Below, piece by piece: positions 11,738-22,635 of a stretch of DNA of 64,000 nucleotides (position 1 is the stretch's first letter; every line of letters begins with the position of its first letter). The DNA is from Schizochytrium sp. TIO01 (lineage: Eukaryota; Protista; Bigyra: Labyrinthulomycetes), in the NCBI GenBank assembly GCA_004764695.1, contig SMSO01000031.1:3138436-3202435 (forward strand), written 5' to 3'. The notes under the pieces were generated by a model, which saw nothing but the letters and a program-made list of their open reading frames with translations, was not told the origin of the DNA and searched no databases. The translations under genes were made by a program, and so were the position numbers.

Positions 11738-12671
11738 ACACACGTTTCACGCGACGCCCATATTGAATGTACTTTAGTTTTAATATTCGTGGCACATACG
11801 GATGAATGGATAGGTCTCCCTAACAATATCAATATCCTGGCACCCTGTCCTACCGTTTGCGCTATCCACATTACTACGCTATGTCCGCACCTCAACTTCC
11901 AGAATTGAATTAAATACATGAAAGGCAGCGATAGAAAGACTTCGGAAAGAGCGTGATCAGGCCCAAAAGGCTCTCCCTCCGCCACAATCACTCTGTCCTC
12001 ACTGGGAGGGGGGTTTCTCCACTGCCAGTCAAGTCCCAAGTTTCTTCTATTCACCCCACTAATCAGCTCTTTTCCCCCTCAGACTCCCTCCTTCCTTCTC
12101 TCTTCAAGTCCCCAATAGCGACTCATGCAATGTGTCTCTTCGCCTTGCGCTGTCTTTTCTTCTTTTTCTTCCCATATTGCGCCTTTTGTTTTCCCAGTCG
12201 GCTCAAAGGAAAGGAACGAGAGAACGAACGAAGGCGGGTCTATATCAGTGCTACGGTTTCGGGTAAGAGTGCGCCGCCCTCGGAAAGAACACCAGAGCTA
12301 GCTGCCCTACTGTAGTGCTAGTGTTAGTAGTAGTAGTAGGCATTGGGGTATGTATCTATGGTATCTTCGAAGGGCGATGGAGAAATCAAAAAAATCGGTC
12401 TCTTCTACCCCTGATCAGTTTTGCAGCAAGAAAGCCTCGCGAGGCCCCCCTCAAGCGCGGGTCCATGCGTAGACAGAGAGGAGGCGAGCGAAGGCCTGAG
12501 GGCCTCTGGGCGGAGCGGGATCCGCTCCTGCCTAAGCAAGCACCCTTCTTCGTTTGATTCCTTCTCCCATTCCATTTCGAGTTGGTTGCAGAACTACGCA
12601 CTATTAGGCAGGCACTACTGCCCTCTATCACCTGCCTAGCCATGGCTAAAGCTTTGTTCTTTATTCTTTGA

Positions 12672-12706
12672 ATTGCATTGCATTGCATTGCATTGCATTG
12701 CATTGC
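12672..12706. repeat. (ATTGC)7 microsatellite
   Basis: Read directly from sequence; decays into GTTGC. Confidence 0.95.
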
Positions 12707-13415
12707 GTTGCGTTCATTCGCTCACAATTATTACTCACCTTGCTACGAAAAGCGCGTTTTATTTGCAGCCGCAGTCCCTCCTCACTCGCGATCTCTTCGG
12801 AGAAACGATGGATCCAATCAATCACTTCGTTCATGGAGAGCGACAGATGGAGAGACAAATAGACCGATGGATCGTGAAATCGAGACGCAGAGAGTGAGGT
12901 GAACGCTATCGGCGCCGCTTTTCAGGTGAAAGAAGGAAAGAAGGAAAGAAAGAAAGAAAACTTTGACGATCGATAGCAAATCTATCCATATAGAACATAT
13001 ATTATATATATACACATACATAATATATCCAAGGAAAACAACGCAACGTGAACGAACGAATACCTCGAAATGCGGCCTTCGCTCTCTCTGAAAGCCGCTT
13101 CGAAGCCGCGATCGGAGCGGCTCTCGCGAGTGGCCACAGGCGGCCGTGCGGCGTTTGGGTCCTGGAAAGAGAAGGAGAGAGAGAGAGAGAGAGGGAGAGC
13201 AAGATGGACTCTCTGTCTCTGTCGGTCTCTCACTCAGTCAGTCGTCAGTCAGTCAGTCAGTCAGTCAACCAACTCTCTCACACACGGGTCCCTTAAGAGA
13301 GGCGCCACCCACCCCGAAGCTTTGACAGACAGTATGTATGAAAAAGAAACTAAAAGGGCTTTATCCCCGCCTGCCTAAGGAGGCACTAGCGCTGCTTACC
13401 ACCTCGAACATGTTT

Positions 13416-13416
<1 letters not shown>

Positions 13417-13476
<60 letters not shown>
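13417..13476. repeat. (TAGT)15 microsatellite
   Basis: 60 bp of perfect TAGT/TTAG repeats. Confidence 0.95.
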
Positions 13477-13479
<3 letters not shown>

Positions 13480-13936
13480 GAGAAGAGTGGGTAAAGTAGG
13501 ATGATATAGCTGAGAGAGGAAAGAAAGCTCAGCGGCCGATAGGATGCCTTAGTGTAAACGGTAGGGGTGTGGCACTTGGATGACGACCACGCGCCCTTTT
13601 TTAAAAACATTTCTTTTATAGATATACTTGAAATGAATTGAGATTAATCTTTAAGTTTTAATACTTTGAAAAGTGTTTTATAAAAACGAAAACTAAAGCC
13701 AAAAAACTACAAACTATACAGTATCGATGAAGACCAAAGTTAGAAGCCAACTAGCTAGGAATAAGGCACCTGCTGAAGAGTGAGCGCTCGACGGCATTGA
13801 CGCTTTTGATTTTCAAAAACTGCAGTCGTTTGCGATAAAAAGCAGGGCGATGAGGTGTTTTCATAACTCGCAAAAACGCATAACAGTAGCAATAATGCTA
13901 CCTACTACCTCCCTCCTATATTTTTAGTTTTAAAAA

Positions 13937-13967
<31 letters not shown>

Positions 13968-13978
13968 AGTTGATTGAT
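13937..13978. repeat. (ATTG)n microsatellite
   Basis: Seven perfect units followed by degenerate units. Confidence 0.9.
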
Positions 13979-14598
13979 CATTTGCACCCAATGAACTTAT
14001 TAAAGGCAGAAAAGGGGAAAGAGAAATTGATTGATGATGATTCGAAGCGATCGAATTTGAAAAGGAAGAAAGAAGAGTAGAAAGAGAAGAAGAAGAAGAA
14101 GAAAGAGAAGAAGAAAGGGAGAACTAGAACTGCAACTGTTCGTGCGGAGACGAGCTACTCGGGAGGCCTCGGGAAACAGGCAGGGAGACGCCGACCGAGC
14201 CGCGGGAGCTCGGCTGGCGGCTGAGTAAACTTACTTACGTCGTGCCTTTGGAAACCGAGTGGATCGGGAATCGCCAGGTTTCAAGAGTGTAAGACCACCG
14301 GCACTGCTTCGGTTGGGCGTCTTGACCGTGGACACCAGCTTCAAAGCCTTGGCGCTCATCGAGACAGATCTCGAGGATACGACGAGACTCCTGAAGGAGT
14401 GGCACCCTAAACGACGGCCTAAACTCCATCAAGGAGCAGCCCCAGAGACAGATCGTGGAGCGAGGAGACCTGGAGTGTTTGGGTTTATTTTCGCATAGGG
14501 GAACAACAACCTAAGGGGACTCACTTGCGTAAAAAACATCAGCAAAAGCGACGGCGAGTATCACTCCCTTCGATCCTGGAAAGGAAAGTAACTCGAGC

Positions 14599-17277
14599 AT
14601 GGGCAAGAAGTGGAGCTCGCTGGCGTCGAGCGGGAACAAAACGCCACACACAGAGGATTTCCAGAGTCAATTAGTGCGTCTGGAGAGTAGCGAGGAGGAG
14701 TATGAGCGTGCCTACGAGGAGGGCGAAACTCTTGGTGAAGGCATCACAGGATGTGTTAAAGAGGTAGTGCATCTTGCTTCAGGAAAAAGGTATGCAATGA
14801 AGAGCATCAACTTGGACCGTATCGATAAGGCACAAATCAAGGAGCTTAAGACAGAGATCGGTATCTTGAAACAGCTTGATCACCCAAACATTGTTCGTCT
14901 TCATGAAGTGTATCAGAGCAAAACAAACATTCGCATCATCATGGAGCTTCTAACAGGTGGTGACCTTGCACAGCGAAGACTAGAGACAGAGGAGTCCATC
15001 AGACGAGTCATTTTTCAACTCGTTTCAGCATGCAGATACTGGCATTCGCGTGGTGTCGTGCATCGAGACCTCAAGTTGGAAAATGTTATGTTTGTTAACT
15101 CTTCCCATGACTCTGATGTCAAAGTCATTGACTTCGGCCTTGGTACTACCTTTTTCAGTGATCAATTGCGCGAGGAGCGTATGCACAGAAGGCGAGCTGA
15201 CAGCGACAAATATTTATCAGCAAAGACGCTGGTGGCTTCTCTCGAACAAGGACTTTCGAGCCCACGCCTTAAGGGCTTGAGGCTTCGACAACGGACCACG
15301 AGTAGCCGAAATAACGGCCACTCCTCAATAGCAGAGTCCGATAGTGAGTTGATGCGCGAATCTAGCGATGGACACCTCAGCATAAATGATGGTCAGTTTC
15401 TTTCACCGTCGCCCGCATTCTCTCCTGCATCACTGCCTGCCTCATTACCACCACCTATGCATCTGCCTCCGCCTCTATCTATCGGCGTATCTGCGAACGA
15501 AGCGCATCCTGTCGCGAATAACAATTCCAGAGCACCGGCCACAGTTCTTGCTACTGCTCAGCAGGCTCAACAGCAAAATCTCCAAAATAATAAGGTGAGT
15601 GCAAATTCACAAGAACCAACCTCATCAAAGCAAGATAATTATCATCATCATCATCACCACCACCACAACCCAAACCAAAAAGAATCAAAGCAAAATAAAG
15701 AAGACGTTGTGCGGTCTCAGCAAATTCAACCCCAACAGCACGTTCAGCATACTAGTAGTAAGGATAAGGAGGTCAAGGATGATCACTCCCCAAGTATGGC
15801 CTTTAAGATTGCTAGCGAGAAACTTCGTAAGGGCTCTATTGCCACGGTTGCGAAGGTGAAGCGTTCTGCTCTCGGCTCTCCTGGTTCTCGCAAGTTCTCT
15901 AGTCGCCGGAATGTCACCAAAACGCGCATGTTCCAGACCACCTGCGGTACAGCATATTACATGGCTCCAGAGATTATGTTTGGTCGTGGCTACACGGAGA
16001 AATGTGATCTTTGGGCTATTGGCGTGTTGACGTATATGCTAATTGCACGCAGACCACCCTTCCCAGGCAAAGATGAGAAGGAGGTATTCTACCGTGTGCG
16101 CACATGTAATCCAAGCTTTCATGGGCGCTCGTGGGAACGAGCAAGCCCGGAGGTATGCGAGTTCTGCAAAAAACTCTTAACTGTAAATCCGTCGCTAAGA
16201 TGGACCGCGGAAGAAGCTCTTGCCTCAGCATGGCTGAGTGGTGTTAACGAAGAAGAAGTTGATCAGGCGCAGTCTACGCTAGATACCGAGCGTGCGGTGA
16301 TCCTTAGCATGAAACGTTTTGCTAGTTATCCGACTCTCAAGCGTGCAGCACTTATGATTGTTTCACACAATGCGAGTAGCTTTCAAGACGCTAAATTAAA
16401 TCACTGTTTTTTAACAATCGATCAGAGCAACCTCGGCTACATCACGCGCGGTGACTTGTGCTCTTTTATTATGGCGCGTGATAGCACAGCTACTGAAGAA
16501 ATGGTGAACACAATCTTCGAAAGTATGGACCAAGGCCGCAGTGGCCATATTCGTTATATGGGATTTCTTGCTGCAACAATTGAGAAGGATGGCCCAGTCT
16601 CTGACGAGATGGTTGAGTTAGCCTTTCAACACTTTGAGCTGGACAAGCATGGTGCCATCACACAGAGATCTCTAAAACGTTTACTCGGCAGAGGCTATGC
16701 AAAGCGTGATGTAGCTAAAATTATTGCTGAGACAAGTGCAGATTGCAACATTTCATTTGAAACCTTTAAAACGATGATGAAAGACACACCACCGCTCCGT
16801 TCTGGAAGTCGTGTTTTATTTGATGAAGGTGATGCAGCTCTTGGCGAGGGTTATGCCCATGAGGAGGAATTTGACGATGATGTATACTACGACGCACTTT
16901 TCGTGGACTCTGAGTCTGATGTGTATGACGAGGTCGATGACGATGATGATATGGCAACACCATCGTCTCCTCTCTCTCCGGCTATTCGATCATTAACAGC
17001 ACATCCAGGCTATCTATCCAAGCATGCAGAATCTGCTCCTCCTACTCTTCCTATGCACGTCACACAGGATGAAAAAAAGGGTGATTTGAATGACAACAAT
17101 GGATCTGGACGTTTAGAGACTCATCATGAAGAGCATAACCCAGACCCTCGGTTTTTGGAAGCCCGTGAGTACAACGATTCTGATATCATGTATATACACC
17201 ATCACTTACAAAAAAGGCAAACTAAGGGTACCTCGAAGTCTGCCCCAACATCACCCTCTTCCCCTAGAGCCGTGTAA
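14599..17277 (+). CDS. Calcium-dependent protein kinase (CDPK/CRK)-like Ser/Thr kinase with a large activation-loop insertion and degenerate EF-hands
   Basis: 892 aa. Kinase motifs LGEGITG, YAMKSI, HRDLKLEN, DFG, TTCGTAYYMAPE, DLWAIGV. Junction SMKRFASYPTLKRAALMIV. Four EF-hand-like loops. N-terminal MGKKWS fits the MGxxxS myristoylation pattern. Confidence 0.9.
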   Translation: MGKKWSSLASSGNKTPHTEDFQSQLVRLESSEEEYERAYEEGETLGEGITGCVKEVVHLASGKRYAMKSINLDRIDKAQIKELKTEIGILKQLDHPNIVRLHEVYQSKTNIRIIMELLTGGDLAQRRLETEESIRRVIFQLVSACRYWHSRGVVHRDLKLENVMFVNSSHDSDVKVIDFGLGTTFFSDQLREERMHRRRADSDKYLSAKTLVASLEQGLSSPRLKGLRLRQRTTSSRNNGHSSIAESDSELMRESSDGHLSINDGQFLSPSPAFSPASLPASLPPPMHLPPPLSIGVSANEAHPVANNNSRAPATVLATAQQAQQQNLQNNKVSANSQEPTSSKQDNYHHHHHHHHNPNQKESKQNKEDVVRSQQIQPQQHVQHTSSKDKEVKDDHSPSMAFKIASEKLRKGSIATVAKVKRSALGSPGSRKFSSRRNVTKTRMFQTTCGTAYYMAPEIMFGRGYTEKCDLWAIGVLTYMLIARRPPFPGKDEKEVFYRVRTCNPSFHGRSWERASPEVCEFCKKLLTVNPSLRWTAEEALASAWLSGVNEEEVDQAQSTLDTERAVILSMKRFASYPTLKRAALMIVSHNASSFQDAKLNHCFLTIDQSNLGYITRGDLCSFIMARDSTATEEMVNTIFESMDQGRSGHIRYMGFLAATIEKDGPVSDEMVELAFQHFELDKHGAITQRSLKRLLGRGYAKRDVAKIIAETSADCNISFETFKTMMKDTPPLRSGSRVLFDEGDAALGEGYAHEEEFDDDVYYDALFVDSESDVYDEVDDDDDMATPSSPLSPAIRSLTAHPGYLSKHAESAPPTLPMHVTQDEKKGDLNDNNGSGRLETHHEEHNPDPRFLEAREYNDSDIMYIHHHLQKRQTKGTSKSAPTSPSSPRAV

Positions 17278-17930
17278 CGCTTTGACACCAGAGGAAAGAA
17301 TCTTTATGATGACCAGATTTTTTATGCGTTGCTACATTCACATGTATCTTATTATTAATCTCCGAAAAGTTAACGCAAGGACGTCTAAGATTGTCCCATC
17401 TCGGTGCGAAGAGAGCCACTGTCGTAAGATCGAAGAGAAACAGCAAAGAAAAACAAAAATGAACCTGTAAATTAGATTGCACCTGAGGTTGTTGAAGGTT
17501 TATCAACTAGAACACGAAACATGTTTTCTGAATCCACACTTTAATTCCTTTTTTAGAATCAATTTTTTAAAATAAACAAAGAATTAAACTAAAACATTGC
17601 ATTCATCTGGAAATCGATCTTTTCACGGGTTGCTTCATCCCTTAACTACACCGATAAATTCGTGTAAAGTTTTCTGAATAACCCTACTTAAAACATTGAG
17701 CTGAAATTAACTTCATTATTGCTCCCCTTGTTTTATGTTACGCGACAGAACGAGTAGGAATCCAACTCCTTACTTATTAGTGGAGACGATTGTTCGTAAT
17801 ATTTCTGTTGGTCCAGGTAGGCAATCAAAGTGCTGAATTCAAAATTAGAAGAACACAACTGATCTCCTTTAACAGATTGATGAGCAATAACAGATTAAGT
17901 AAATATATTTTTTTCATAGCTAGCACCCCA

Positions 17931-19721
17931 TTAGAGTCGCGGCGGCCGGCCCTCCAGCTCGTCCACGATGTCAAACAAGGATGTTTCAAACTGACTGCTT
18001 TCAAATGCATCATGATTAATTAGTCCGTCCTCACCTCCCCCAAAGATGCTCGATTCGTCGTGATCTACTTGATCCATCGTTGAATGCAAAGAGGAAGAAG
18101 ACCCTGCCGCCCAGGAAGGAGGCCTGTCAATAGACATGGTATGTACATGCAAAGAATGGGGCTCTGACGAAGCACGGTGTGACTCCGCAGTAGCTGGTCT
18201 TCTGGAGACCCCACGCGGAGTATGGCGCTGCTCACCAAGATCTCCATTTGCTGCCACGTGTGCCTGATGTGCAAATTGAGAGTATTGTCCATCATAACGT
18301 TTCCGTTGCTCTTGTAGAAAGCTTTCGAGAATTTCATCGTCAGAGTTAACGTGTCCCTTGAAGGTACTACTCATTGGTTGTTGGTGAACGTGTTCCTTTC
18401 GTTGATATTGGTTTTGGGGTTGACCTTGAAATGCCGCACCATGTGGTGCCCCTAGCTCCGCACGTTTAGATTCCCGTGTCAGCGCCTCAAGCAATTGCTC
18501 ATGCTCAAGTTCATTCACATTAAGAAATTCTTCGTGGCGTCCACCTTGTTTGGGGTTAGTTTCCCTTGATTTGGGTGAATCTCGCTCCCATTCGAGATCA
18601 GCAGGTTCAAGTATTGAAGCCTGCGTCTGAGCATGCTGCATTTCTTTCTGCGCTTGAACTACTACCCTATGGTTAATGCCCTCACCATTCACAGCAGAAG
18701 CTAAGATTTGCGGTTGTGCACCTTCGGGCGCCTGGCGCTCTTCCTTTGTATGCTTCTGGGCTTGTGCCAGTGCCTGTGCTTGGGCTTGAGCTTGAGCTTG
18801 TTCCATTACTAGGGAGCGCAAGCGAACAACTTCGTCTCTCAGTTGTCGCATCTCATCATCGTTATCATTTCTTTGAAGATCAAGATCTTCTCGATGGCGA
18901 AGCTCAGATTCCATCTCAGTGAGTTTATCTTGATAAGTTTTGATCATGGTCAAGCTCTGGGCAAACTTTTTCTTCATCTCCTCATAACGAGTTTGAAGAG
19001 AGGAGTGATCATCATTGAGGCGTTGAAGTTTTGCAGTCAAATCTGCTTCCGTTTTATCAAGACGCTCTGATAACTTTTCTCGGTCTTTCGTAACCTCAAC
19101 AAGTTGCTGGATGAGCTTGGCTAGTTTCACTTTATCCTGATCCCGTAAATCCGCAATCCGAGCACCACGACGATCATTTTCGGACGACCCTTCCGATCCG
19201 CGGTCTAGTTCATTCAACCAAGGAAACCTGGAGGCTTCTTGCGTGAAAGCACTAGCATGTCCTTCGTTCAATAAAGAGGCCGATGTCGCCCAGACATCTC
19301 GTTTCAATTCAGCTCCATATGCTTGCTGGCGTGTGTTTGCGTTTGTTGTACCATCATGCTGCAAGAGTGTGCCAGTGAGTTCACTTTGGTGGGTCGAGGC
19401 GTCTTGAAGTAAGCGCTTTATACTTTCTTCCATTTCCTCGAGGGTTTTCCTTGACCCGGATAATCGCTTCTGGAGGGTTCCAGACTTGGATGGCAACTCC
19501 CGCTGGTGCTGTTGATGCTGTTTTTGACTCGTTGCTCCAATTTGGCGTGTCGTCTTGCTGACATTCTTGTCTATTTTACTTCGTGAACGAAGAATTGGAG
19601 GGGGTGATGTGGGTGGAGGTGGAGGTGGAGGAGCAGAATCTGCTGCTTTCCCCATGATCTCATCCAGGAGATCTCTGCTTCGTGCCTTCATGGACTCTTT
19701 ACGACGAGCTGCCTGGACCAT
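17931..19721 (-). CDS. Coiled-coil protein with hinderin (KIAA1328)-like segment
   Basis: ORF track starts at a TTG (19790); first in-frame ATG is at 19721 (MVQAARRK). RIADLRDQDKVKLAKLIQQLVEV...SLTMIKTYQDKL resembles the conserved hinderin block from memory. The rest is low-complexity. Confidence 0.65.
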   Translation of the reverse strand: MVQAARRKESMKARSRDLLDEIMGKAADSAPPPPPPPTSPPPILRSRSKIDKNVSKTTRQIGATSQKQHQQHQRELPSKSGTLQKRLSGSRKTLEEMEESIKRLLQDASTHQSELTGTLLQHDGTTNANTRQQAYGAELKRDVWATSASLLNEGHASAFTQEASRFPWLNELDRGSEGSSENDRRGARIADLRDQDKVKLAKLIQQLVEVTKDREKLSERLDKTEADLTAKLQRLNDDHSSLQTRYEEMKKKFAQSLTMIKTYQDKLTEMESELRHREDLDLQRNDNDDEMRQLRDEVVRLRSLVMEQAQAQAQAQALAQAQKHTKEERQAPEGAQPQILASAVNGEGINHRVVVQAQKEMQHAQTQASILEPADLEWERDSPKSRETNPKQGGRHEEFLNVNELEHEQLLEALTRESKRAELGAPHGAAFQGQPQNQYQRKEHVHQQPMSSTFKGHVNSDDEILESFLQEQRKRYDGQYSQFAHQAHVAANGDLGEQRHTPRGVSRRPATAESHRASSEPHSLHVHTMSIDRPPSWAAGSSSSLHSTMDQVDHDESSIFGGGEDGLINHDAFESSQFETSLFDIVDELEGRPPRL

Positions 19722-20204
19722 CTTCTCGAGGAATTCTTGCAAACTTGCTGACCTACAAAACTCAAAACTAGTAATGAAAACACCAGGCAAGCCTTAAGAA
19801 GTCGTCGATTCAAAAGTCCCTAACTCTAGTCTCTCTAGCGAAATCCCACACGTCTCTATTTTGTTTACTTCGTCCCGTCAGAGTTCTTTGAGCTTTACGG
19901 GCTCCTTAAATCAGGTCTTTGCAACCGCCGTGTCCAGCGCCTGGTAAACGCTGCTAGCTCCCCACCAGACTGTGGTGGTGCTCGTGCTCAAGACCACCAA
20001 GACCCAACCCTTCTTATTGGTGCGGCGACCCCCCCCACTCGCCACCCCGTGGATTGGCTGAGGCTAAGTCGACCTCAATGGGCTTCTGCAACACAAACAA
20101 TTTTCATCAAACATCATTGACAACGACTCTGCTTTTCAGTACAGAACTTCTGGAACTTTATGCACCAGAACATACAGAACCTTAACAACGCAAATCTCAG
20201 GAGT

Positions 20205-20257
20205 TCTTGTCAATCTTAAAAGAACGTTCTTTATCTTGTCAAAAAAGAACGTTCTTT
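20205..20257. promoter_or_regulatory. Short tandem duplication carrying two perfect 14-bp palindromes AAAGAACGTTCTTT (nGAAnnTTCn, HSE-like)
   Basis: Palindromes at 20219-20232 and 20244-20257, each preceded by tcttgtcaa, in the divergent region between the hinderin-like gene and RNR2. Regulatory role is inferred. Confidence 0.35.
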
Positions 20258-21078
20258 CAAATCGCCCCAACCTAGCCTATGTCCGCCGTACAACCTTTAA
20301 CCGTGGGCACTTCGTGATGATTATGACTCTGTTGTGTCAATCTGACACTGCTTTTTCAGGCTCTCAAGAGTCATAACTGAAACCTCAGCACCACTGGGTC
20401 GCAGCCTAAGACGCTGGTGGTTCGTTGCTTGTCCCGCTCTTGGCATAGGAATTTATTTACTCCAGCGATGATCACCCCGAATTACTTCGTGCGTGCACCC
20501 AACTCGTGAGACCTCATTACTAGCACAGTATGTAGGTACCCACCACCACCTAGCGCTTCACTAGCGACGTCTTATTGTTTCCCTTAGCTACCGGGAAGAC
20601 AGCGAGGGAAAATCCCAACTACCGACTCCTATTGATTCGGCTACCGTTCCCCTCTAAGATTTACGATGAGGTTTTTCTCACTCACCGCGTCGAGAAACTC
20701 AACTTGAACCTATAATCCGCAACTGCTGTTTCCTGGGCCTCTTGCATTGCGTTCGTTGCCTTGCGTCGCCTTGCTCTCCGAGGCACCCGGAGGTGTTTGT
20801 CTCCCTCCGCAGGGACGCGGCCGATCTCTGCGACGTGTGGTCCAACTCGAAGGAAGGCTTCCTTCCCTTCGTATCACCGCTTAACCATCATTTACACGCA
20901 AGCAATCAATACTTCAATCAACACTTCAATCAGAATCCCAATACGAATACACAGAATCCAAAATCGCAATCATCCGCAGAATCAGCGAATCCACGGCGAG
21001 GGCCTCCAACTTTATGACTAACTAGCTACCTAACAGGCCCAACCTCGCGATGAACCAAGCCTCTGAGGGCCTCTGACG

Positions 21079-21144
<66 letters not shown>

Positions 21145-21170
21145 CTGATTGATTGATTGATTGATTGATT
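21079..21170. repeat. (GATT)23 microsatellite with one GACT variant
   Basis: 92-bp tract read directly. Confidence 0.95.
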
Positions 21171-22635
21171 GTACCTTCTTCGCCGATTGACATCCATCCC
21201 TCGGAAACGCCCTCTTCGCCGCAGCCTTCTCGGCGCGTGTGCCCACGCTTCCTGTGGGTCTCGCGTTCGCCTCTCGCGCTCGCTCGGCCTGTTGCCGCAG
21301 CTTTCCCCGACGTACGTTCGCACATGCATACATACATACAAAGAAAGATTGGTCGATTGATCGATGGATTGATTGATCTCTCTCTGTCTTTGGTCTTGAG
21401 CGAAGAAACAGAAACAAATGCATTGACCGCGCTTTCTTATAAAGCTAATCTTTCTTTCATCATCGAATTCGACCGTCCATCGCAGTGAGACAGATGAGGA
21501 GTATGAGCAGTACATGAATAAACAAACTCGCAGAGCGACTAAACTTTCGAACTCCATCGTAAAAGACCTCAAAAGATGGATGGATGGATAGATAGATAGA
21601 TATCTGACGCTTCGAAGGCCGTAGAGAGCGGTAGTTGGGAAAGGACCGCATTGTTGCTTTCTTCGAACTGAGGCGGCCAAAACTGCTGCCTGGCGCTCTC
21701 AAGGCGGCCTCAGGGCGGCCTCAGAGCGTGCCCAGGTCAGCTTAGCGTACGGTCGCCAGGGCTCCGCAGGTAGTGAGTGAGTGAAGAAGAACCGCATTTT
21801 TACAATTTCTAGTTCACGAAGGATGCAAAGGGAATATTTTGGAGCTTGCTTGAAAAAAAAAAAAAAAAACTAAAGAAAAACTAAAACTACAACTAAAATT
21901 AAATAAAAATAATAATAAATATAAAAATACTCGAGAATCCGAACTCTTGTTTCATGAGGTTTCGCAGAAAGCGTAGATTGATTATCGTGCAAACTGAAGC
22001 CTGGCTGCGCTCTCGGGTCGACGGATTCAACGCTGCGGGCCTGGAGCCGCATTTGCTCCGCCCAAACAAAGGCAGTAGATGATGCATCTTCTTCTTCTCC
22101 TTCTTCTTCTGGGTGGTCGATCGGTGCTCCACAAGAGTGACGGTTAGGCTCGTTCTCTCAGGCTAACCACGGATCCCACTTAAACGGTAGTTAGGTTGGC
22201 GCTTATGGTACGCACCAAGTACGCTCATTGGCATAAGGTGAAGAATAGGGGGACTCGCTAGAAAGGGACCGAGGGTATTTAAGGTGGACCTGTCCGTAGT
22301 TGGAGCTCGGGATTTGAATTTGAAAAATTGACGTCGAAGAAGAAGAAAGAAGAGAGACGGAGTTTGACTCAGCGTGCGTGCGTTAGAGAGGTACTATCGT
22401 AAGCGGTAGCTCGGGGATGGAGGCGATGGTTTAAAAGAATTGGAGGAAGAAGGGAACAAAAGGGAAAGAAAGAGTAGCAGAGAAAGAAAAGAAAACAAAG
22501 GCCTAGGCCGCGTTGAGAAAAGCAGAACCTTAACTCACGACGCAAGGCTCAAGCAAAGGCTCCCCTGTGCCGCTCCGCCCTTCGTCCGCGACGTGTAGAT
22601 TCTTCTCGCAGTAAGCACACAAACAAGCAAGCAAA

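Noticed and set aside
13417-13476. (TTAG)n as telomeric repeat
   Set aside because: Internal 4-bp unit among many other tetranucleotide SSRs; not TTAGG or TTAGGG.
15139-15936. Intein explanation for the kinase insert
   Set aside because: No HINT motifs, no C-terminal His-Asn, and low-complexity composition.
21022-21702. Overlapping ORFs with INQS repeats
   Set aside because: Translation of the (GATT)n microsatellite.
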